NCBI GenBank assembly: GCA_019420275.1
Contig: JAHZHN010000012.1
Span: forward strand, 521 to 64,520
Length of the DNA stretch: 64,000 nt
Direction of reading: 5' to 3'
Origin: Clostridiales bacterium
Lineage (GTDB): Bacteria > Bacillota > Clostridia > Lachnospirales > Lachnospiraceae
Shown: positions 59,124 through 64,000 of the stretch, in pieces
Numbering within the stretch: the first letter of the stretch is position 1
Layout: every line of letters begins with the position of its first letter
Notes under the pieces: generated by a model
The model's input: only the letters and a program-made list of their open reading frames with translations
Database searches by the model: none
What the model was told of the DNA's origin: nothing
Translations under genes and position numbers: made by a program

Positions 59124-59633
59124 CTATCCTAAGAGCTCTTCTACTGACTTACCACGCAGTTTTGCTACTTCTTCCGGAGTTTTTAAGTTCTTTAATCCTT
59201 CGATAGTTGCCAGAACAACGTTCTGTTTGTTGTTGGACCCTAAAGATTTTGAACGGATATTTGTATATCCTGCAAGCTCCAGTACAAGACGAGAAGGACC
59301 TCCGGCGATAATACCAGTACCTTCTGGAGATGTCTTTAATAATACGGATGCTCCGCCGAAACGACCTGTAAAGTCGTGTGGTATACTTCCTTTTTCGTCA
59401 ATCGGTACCTCTACCAGGCTCTTCATAGCTGCTTCTTTTCCTTTGCGGATTGCTTCTGGAATTTCAGCCGCTTTTCCTAATCCTGCACCAACATGACCGT
59501 TTTTATCTCCTACAACAACCAGCGCTGCGAATCTCATGTTGCGGCCACCTTTTACGACTTTTGTAACTCGTTTGATAGCTACGACTGCATCTTCCAGCTC
59601 AAACTGGCTAGGATCAATAAGTGTATGCTTCAT
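59124..59633 (-). CDS. rpsE: 30S ribosomal protein S5
   Basis: [18 protein letters not shown]. Confidence 0.98.
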   Translation of the reverse strand: MKHTLIDPSQFELEDAVVAIKRVTKVVKGGRNMRFAALVVVGDKNGHVGAGLGKAAEIPEAIRKGKEAAMKSLVEVPIDEKGSIPHDFTGRFGGASVLLKTSPEGTGIIAGGPSRLVLELAGYTNIRSKSLGSNNKQNVVLATIEGLKNLKTPEEVAKLRGKSVEELLG

Positions 59634-59647
59634 TTGACTTCCTCCTA

Positions 59648-60016
59648 TTAGAATTTCAGACCAGCTTCACGAGCTGCATCTGCTAATGCTTCAATTTTAC
59701 CATGATAAATGAATCCGCCTCTATCAAAGACAACTTCTGTAATACCTTTTGCCAGTGCTCTTTCAGCGATTACTTTACCTACATAGCTGGCTGCGGCAAC
59801 ATCGTTTGTTTTGCTGAGTTCTGCCTTTACATCTTTCTGAGTAGTTGAAGCAGATACTAATGTATTTCCAACAGTGTCGTCAATAATCTGAGCGTACATA
59901 TGATCATTACTTCTAAATACACTTAAGCGAGGTCTTTCGCTTGTTCCATTGATTCTATTACGAAGCTTATAATGCTTTTTCGCACGAATCTTGCTTCTTG
60001 ATTCTTTTCTAATCAT
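59648..60016 (-). CDS. rplR: 50S ribosomal protein L18
   Basis: [26 protein letters not shown]. Confidence 0.98.
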   Translation of the reverse strand: MIRKESRSKIRAKKHYKLRNRINGTSERPRLSVFRSNDHMYAQIIDDTVGNTLVSASTTQKDVKAELSKTNDVAAASYVGKVIAERALAKGITEVVFDRGGFIYHGKIEALADAAREAGLKF

Positions 60017-60030
60017 CCTATATCACTCCT

Positions 60031-60573
60031 TTATTTAGCCCCAGTTTTTCCTACTTTACGTCTGATCACTTCATCAGCATACTTAATACCTTTTCCTTTA
60101 TAAGGTTCAGGTTTTCTAAGTTCTCTGATTTCAGCTGCATACTGTCCAACTTTTTCTTTGTCGATACCTTTTACAATAATGACATTCTGACCTTCCATAA
60201 CGGTCTCAATGCCTTCTGGATCAGCCATAACAACCGGATGAGAGAAACCAAGGTTGAAAGTGATTTCTTTTCCTTTTTTCTGCGCTCTGTAACCAACACC
60301 GTTAATTTCCAGTTTCTTTTCGTATCCTTCAGATACACCTGTAATCATGTTGGCAATTAATGATCTTGTAAGACCATGCAAAGATTTCATTTTCTTTAAA
60401 TCATTTGGTCTTGTTACGACAACCTGATTATCTTCTACTTTGATTGTCATTTCAACTGGTAAACATTTCTCTAATGTTCCCTTTGGACCTTTGACAGTCA
60501 CTTTATTTCCTTCTTCAATCTTTACCTCTACTCCTGCAGGGATATCGATTGGCAATCTACCTATACGAGACAT
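60031..60573 (-). CDS. rplF: 50S ribosomal protein L6
   Basis: [20 protein letters not shown]. Confidence 0.98.
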   Translation of the reverse strand: MSRIGRLPIDIPAGVEVKIEEGNKVTVKGPKGTLEKCLPVEMTIKVEDNQVVVTRPNDLKKMKSLHGLTRSLIANMITGVSEGYEKKLEINGVGYRAQKKGKEITFNLGFSHPVVMADPEGIETVMEGQNVIIVKGIDKEKVGQYAAEIRELRKPEPYKGKGIKYADEVIRRKVGKTGAK

Positions 60574-60657
60574 AGGTTACCTCCTTAAATTGTCGGAAAG
60601 GGATTTCCCCTTTCTGTTTTCAGAATGGTCTGAGTATTACATTTTCAACCAGCTTTT

Positions 60658-60708
60658 ACACTGACCTCGTGCAGTGCTTTCACCCTGCACTCGCCAAGTG
60701 CTCAATGC
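60658..60708 (-). other. Structured 3'-UTR hairpin element, copy 2 (after rpsH)
   Basis: UAG-GCAUUGA-GCACUUGGCGAGUGCAGGGU-GAAA-GCACUGCACGAGGUCAGUGU. Confidence 0.5.
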
Positions 60709-61110
60709 CTACCATACAAATGCTAATACTTCTCCACCCACGTTTTCTTTTCTTGCTTCTTTGTCTGTTAACAGTCCTTTGTTTGTTGAGATGATCGCGA
60801 TTCCAAGTCCGCCTAATACTCTAGGAAGCTCTTCTGCTCCTGCGTATACACGAAGACCTGGTTTAGAGATTCTCTTAAGTCCTGTGATAATCTTTTCATT
60901 TTTATCAGCACCGTATTTTAATGTGATTACGATTGTGCTGAATGAACCCTCTTCCTTGATGTCATAAGCTTTAATGAAACCTTCTTTTAATAAGATTTCT
61001 GCAATCGCTGTCTTCATCTTAGAAGCAGGAATTTCTACTGTATCATGTTTCGCAGTATTCGCATTACGAATTCTTGTAAGCATATCTGCAATTGGATCGC
61101 TCATTGTCAT
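60709..61110 (-). CDS. rpsH: 30S ribosomal protein S8
   Basis: [27 protein letters not shown]. Confidence 0.98.
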   Translation of the reverse strand: MTMSDPIADMLTRIRNANTAKHDTVEIPASKMKTAIAEILLKEGFIKAYDIKEEGSFSTIVITLKYGADKNEKIITGLKRISKPGLRVYAGAEELPRVLGGLGIAIISTNKGLLTDKEARKENVGGEVLAFVW

Positions 61111-61134
61111 TTTTATGTTCCTCCTTCCTTCTTC

Positions 61135-61320
61135 TTACCAGCTTGCCTTCTTGACACCTGGAATTTGTCCTTTATATGCTAATTCACGGAAGCAAACCCT
61201 GCAAATTCCGTATTTTCTTAAATAAGCATGTGGACGTCCACAGATTCTACAACGGCTATATTCTCTTGTTGAGAATTTTGCTTTTCTTTTTTGTTTTGCA
61301 ACCATTGACTTTCTAGCCAT
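61135..61320 (-). CDS. rpsZ: 30S ribosomal protein S14, Zn-binding type
   Basis: CRICGRP...[16 protein letters not shown]. Confidence 0.97.
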   Translation of the reverse strand: MARKSMVAKQKRKAKFSTREYSRCRICGRPHAYLRKYGICRVCFRELAYKGQIPGVKKASW

Positions 61321-61334
61321 GGGAACCCTCCTAA

Positions 61335-61874
61335 CTATTTCTTAAACGGCATACCAAATAAGGTTAATAATTCACGAGCTTCTTCATCAGTATTGGCAGT
61401 TGTAACGAAGATAATATCCATACCTCTTACTTTATCTACCTTGTCATACTCAATTTCAGGGAAGATTAACTGCTCTTTGATACCTAATGCGTAATTTCCT
61501 CGTCCATCGAAAGAATTCTGGCTGACTCCTCTGAAGTCACGTACACGAGGCAGTGCCAGGTTGATCAGACGGTCTGCGAATTCATACATTCTCTCACCGC
61601 GCAATGTAACCTTGCATCCGATCGGCATACCTTCTCTTAATTTGAAGTTCGCAACAGATTTCTTTGCTCTTGTTACGACAGCTTTCTGTCCAGAGATGAT
61701 CTCAAGATCAGTGATCGCTGTATCTAAAGCTTTTTTATTTTCTTTTGCTTCACCAACGCCCATGTTGATTACGATCTTTTCAAGCTTTGGTACCTGCATA
61801 ATATTTTTATATCCAAATTTTTTTGTCATAGCATCTACGATTTCGTTGCTATACTGTTCATGTAATCTACTCAC
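61335..61874 (-). CDS. rplE: 50S ribosomal protein L5
   Basis: [24 protein letters not shown]. Confidence 0.98.
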   Translation of the reverse strand: MSRLHEQYSNEIVDAMTKKFGYKNIMQVPKLEKIVINMGVGEAKENKKALDTAITDLEIISGQKAVVTRAKKSVANFKLREGMPIGCKVTLRGERMYEFADRLINLALPRVRDFRGVSQNSFDGRGNYALGIKEQLIFPEIEYDKVDKVRGMDIIFVTTANTDEEARELLTLFGMPFKK

Positions 61875-61896
61875 CTGCGTAAACCTCCTCTCTTAA

Positions 61897-62208
61897 TTAG
61901 TCAATCACTTCGCCTGTTGCACGGGCAACACGAACTTTTTTGCCATCAACTACTTTATAGCCAATCTTGGTTGTTTTTCCATTATGCACATACATTACAT
62001 TGGAAACATCCATTGGTCCTTCCTGGCTTACGATTCCGCCCTGCTGGTTTGCAGCGCTAGGTTTAGTATGCTTTGTGATCATGTTGGCTCCCTCTACGGT
62101 AACCTTACCATTCTTCTGATCAACAGCAATTACTTTGCCTTCTTTGTCTTTATCTTTACCAGCGATGATTTTTACTAAATCGCCTTTTTTAATTCTAATT
62201 GCTGACAC
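61897..62208 (-). CDS. rplX: 50S ribosomal protein L24
   Basis: KKGD.V.IIAGKDK.K.G, SNV. Confidence 0.97.
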   Translation of the reverse strand: MSAIRIKKGDLVKIIAGKDKDKEGKVIAVDQKNGKVTVEGANMITKHTKPSAANQQGGIVSQEGPMDVSNVMYVHNGKTTKIGYKVVDGKKVRVARATGEVID

Positions 62209-62220
62209 AGTGTTTCCTCC

Positions 62221-62589
62221 TTATAATACTTCTGGTGCTAATGAAACAATCTTCATGAATTTCTTGTCTCTAAGCTCTCTTGCCACTGGTCCAAAGATAC
62301 GAGTTCCTCTTGGATTCATATCATCTTTAATAATTACAGCAGCATTCTCGTCAAATTTGATATAAGAACCGTCCTTACGACGAGCGCCTTTCTTTGTACG
62401 AACAACAACTGCTCTGACTACGTCACCTTTTTTTACAACGCCGCCTGGTGTTGCATCTTTAACCGTAGCGACAATCACATCACCAATGTTAGCATATCTT
62501 CTGGTAGATCCTCCTAACACACGGATGCAAAGGATTTCTTTTGCTCCTGTGTTATCGGCTACTCTAAGTCTTGACTCCTGCTGAATCAT
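62221..62589 (-). CDS. rplN: 50S ribosomal protein L14
   Basis: [26 protein letters not shown]; start at ATG 62589. Confidence 0.98.
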   Translation of the reverse strand: MIQQESRLRVADNTGAKEILCIRVLGGSTRRYANIGDVIVATVKDATPGGVVKKGDVVRAVVVRTKKGARRKDGSYIKFDENAAVIIKDDMNPRGTRIFGPVARELRDKKFMKIVSLAPEVL

Positions 62590-62619
62590 GCCTTTCTTCT
62601 CCTTTCCAACCAAGCAAAA

Positions 62620-62874
62620 TTATTTTGCTTTTTCGATAATTTCTACAAGTCTCCATCTCTTGTCTTTAGACAGAGGTCTTGTTTCCATAACCCTTACTCT
62701 ATCTCCGATGTTACATTCGTTATTCTCATCATGAGCTTTTAATTTATAAGTTCTCTTAACGATTTTCTTATATAAAGGATGCTTCACGTTGTCTTCGATT
62801 GCAACTACGACTGTTTTATCCATTTTATCACTAATAACTTTCCCTACACGGGTTTTTCTTAAATTTCTTTCCAC
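62620..62874 (-). CDS. rpsQ: 30S ribosomal protein S17
   Basis: KMDKT, HPLY.K, ETRPLSK.KRW. Confidence 0.98.
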   Translation of the reverse strand: MERNLRKTRVGKVISDKMDKTVVVAIEDNVKHPLYKKIVKRTYKLKAHDENNECNIGDRVRVMETRPLSKDKRWRLVEIIEKAK

Positions 62875-62898
62875 AACAAATTCCTCCTTTCGAATTTA

Positions 62899-63102
62899 CT
62901 AAGCATTTGCTTTCGCTGTAATTGCACCCTGAATACGTGCAATATTTCTTCTTACTTCTTTGATTCTGCTTGTATTCTCAAGCTGATTTGTTGCATTCTG
63001 GAATCTCAAATTGAATAATTCCTTTTTCGCAGCTACTAGCTCATTATTTAATTCGTCCAATGACTTATTATTTAACTCTTTTACAAAATCCTTAGTTTTC
63101 AC
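62899..63102 (-). CDS. rpmC: 50S ribosomal protein L29
   Basis: [23 protein letters not shown] start probably 63102. Confidence 0.95.
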   Translation of the reverse strand: MKTKDFVKELNNKSLDELNNELVAAKKELFNLRFQNATNQLENTSRIKEVRRNIARIQGAITAKANA

Positions 63103-63529
63103 TGTTGTCACCGCCTTCTAAAGCTTCACGAGAAACAATTTTACACTTTACAGGTAGTTTGTGAACAGCAAGACGCAGCGCTTCTCTTGCAACTTCTTCG
63201 CTTACGCCAGCAATCTCAAACATAACTCTTCCTGGTTTTACAACTGCTACCCAATACTCCAAGTTACCTTTACCTTTACCCATTCGAGTTTCAGCAGGCT
63301 GTGCTGTCACCGGCTTATCTGGGAAAATCTTAATCCAAACTTTACCACCACGTTTGATGTAACGGGTCATAGCAACACGGGCTGCCTCGATCTGGTTCGC
63401 TGTGATCCATGCCGGCTCTGTTGCCACGATACCGAACTCACCATAAGTGATTTTATTACCGCGCATCGCTTTTCCGCGCATGCTTCCGCGGAACTGTTTA
63501 CGACGTTTTACTCTCTTTGGCATTAACAT
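63092..63529 (-). CDS. rplP: 50S ribosomal protein L16
   Basis: MLMPKR, QIEAAR, RMG.GKG. Confidence 0.98.
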   Translation of the reverse strand: MLMPKRVKRRKQFRGSMRGKAMRGNKITYGEFGIVATEPAWITANQIEAARVAMTRYIKRGGKVWIKIFPDKPVTAQPAETRMGKGKGNLEYWVAVVKPGRVMFEIAGVSEEVAREALRLAVHKLPVKCKIVSREALEGGDNSEN

Positions 63530-64000
63530 TATTTATTTCCCCCTTCCGCATTCTTTGTAGGAAGTACTTCACCGTGATAGATCCATGTCTTAACACCGAT
63601 CTTTCCATAGGTTGTGTCTGCTTCAGCAAATCCGTAATCAATATCTGCACGGAGTGTCTGAAGAGGAATGGTTCCTTCACTGTAAAATTCTGTACGAGCC
63701 ATATCCGCTCCGCCTAAACGTCCGGATACAGATGTCTTGATTCCTAATGCACCAGCTCTCATTGTACGCTGCATGCAGGATTTCATTGCACGGCGGAAAG
63801 AAATACGATTTTCCAGCTGCTGTGCAATATTCTCAGCAACCAGCTGAGCGTCTTTGTCCGGTCTCTTCACTTCTTTTACATCAATAAGAAGTTTCTTGTC
63901 TGTCATCTTCTGAAGCTGTCTCTTCAATTCTTCAATAGAAGATCCGCCCTTACCGATAACAACTCCCGGTTTTGCTGTATATACGATTAATTTAACTCTG
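63529..64000 (-). CDS. rpsC: 30S ribosomal protein S3 (5' part outside window)
   Basis: [31 protein letters not shown]. Confidence 0.97.
   Translation of the reverse strand, partial: RVKLIVYTAKPGVVIGKGGSSIEELKRQLQKMTDKKLLIDVKEVKRPDKDAQLVAENIAQQLENRISFRRAMKSCMQRTMRAGALGIKTSVSGRLGGADMARTEFYSEGTIPLQTLRADIDYGFAEADTTYGKIGVKTWIYHGEVLPTKNAEGGNK

Noticed and set aside
1..64000. tRNA, rRNA, riboswitch or T-box elements
   Set aside because: No cloverleaf, rRNA or riboswitch consensus was recognised in any intergenic region, including upstream of lysC and the ECF operon. An Infernal/tRNAscan run would be needed to exclude them fully.

Overview
A 64 kb chromosomal segment of a spore-forming, low-GC Firmicute. 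Gene content and protein style point to Lachnospiraceae/Clostridia (inference). Almost all genes lie on the minus strand. Left to right it holds: ispD (partial) and a t6A/tRNA-processing operon (tsaE-tsaB-rimI fusion-rnz-tsaD); spoVT; uvrBA; ctp protease, M23 hydrolase, ftsEX and a CdaR regulator; a frameshifted YitT gene; a degenerate LCP protein; ymfI-like SDR, tex and dCMP deaminase; a thrR-apgM-lysC operon; hpf-secA-prfB (prfB has no programmed frameshift); a DnaA-box cluster that is not oriC; and trxB. A more variable middle (31-47 kb) carries orphan sdpR/sdpI, an RpiR + uncharacterised ECF transporter + PHP module, a solitary glgB, radical SAM-pdxK-cat-like genes, fprA, a two-gene putative surface-fibre module and a low-GC remnant island downstream of rpsI. 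The right end has rplM-rpsI, truA, ecfA1A2T and the S10/spc/alpha ribosomal protein cluster up to a partial rpsC. I saw no rRNA, tRNA, CRISPR, integrase or transposase. Best candidates for undescribed biology: the non-origin DnaA-box array, the ECF/PHP/RpiR module, the secreted fibre-like gene pair, a hairpin motif repeated just after the rplQ and rpsH stop codons, the RimI-zinc-ribbon fusion with an embedded promoter/RBS, and the hairpin at the lost prfB frameshift site. All product calls come from motif recognition by eye; no database searches were run.
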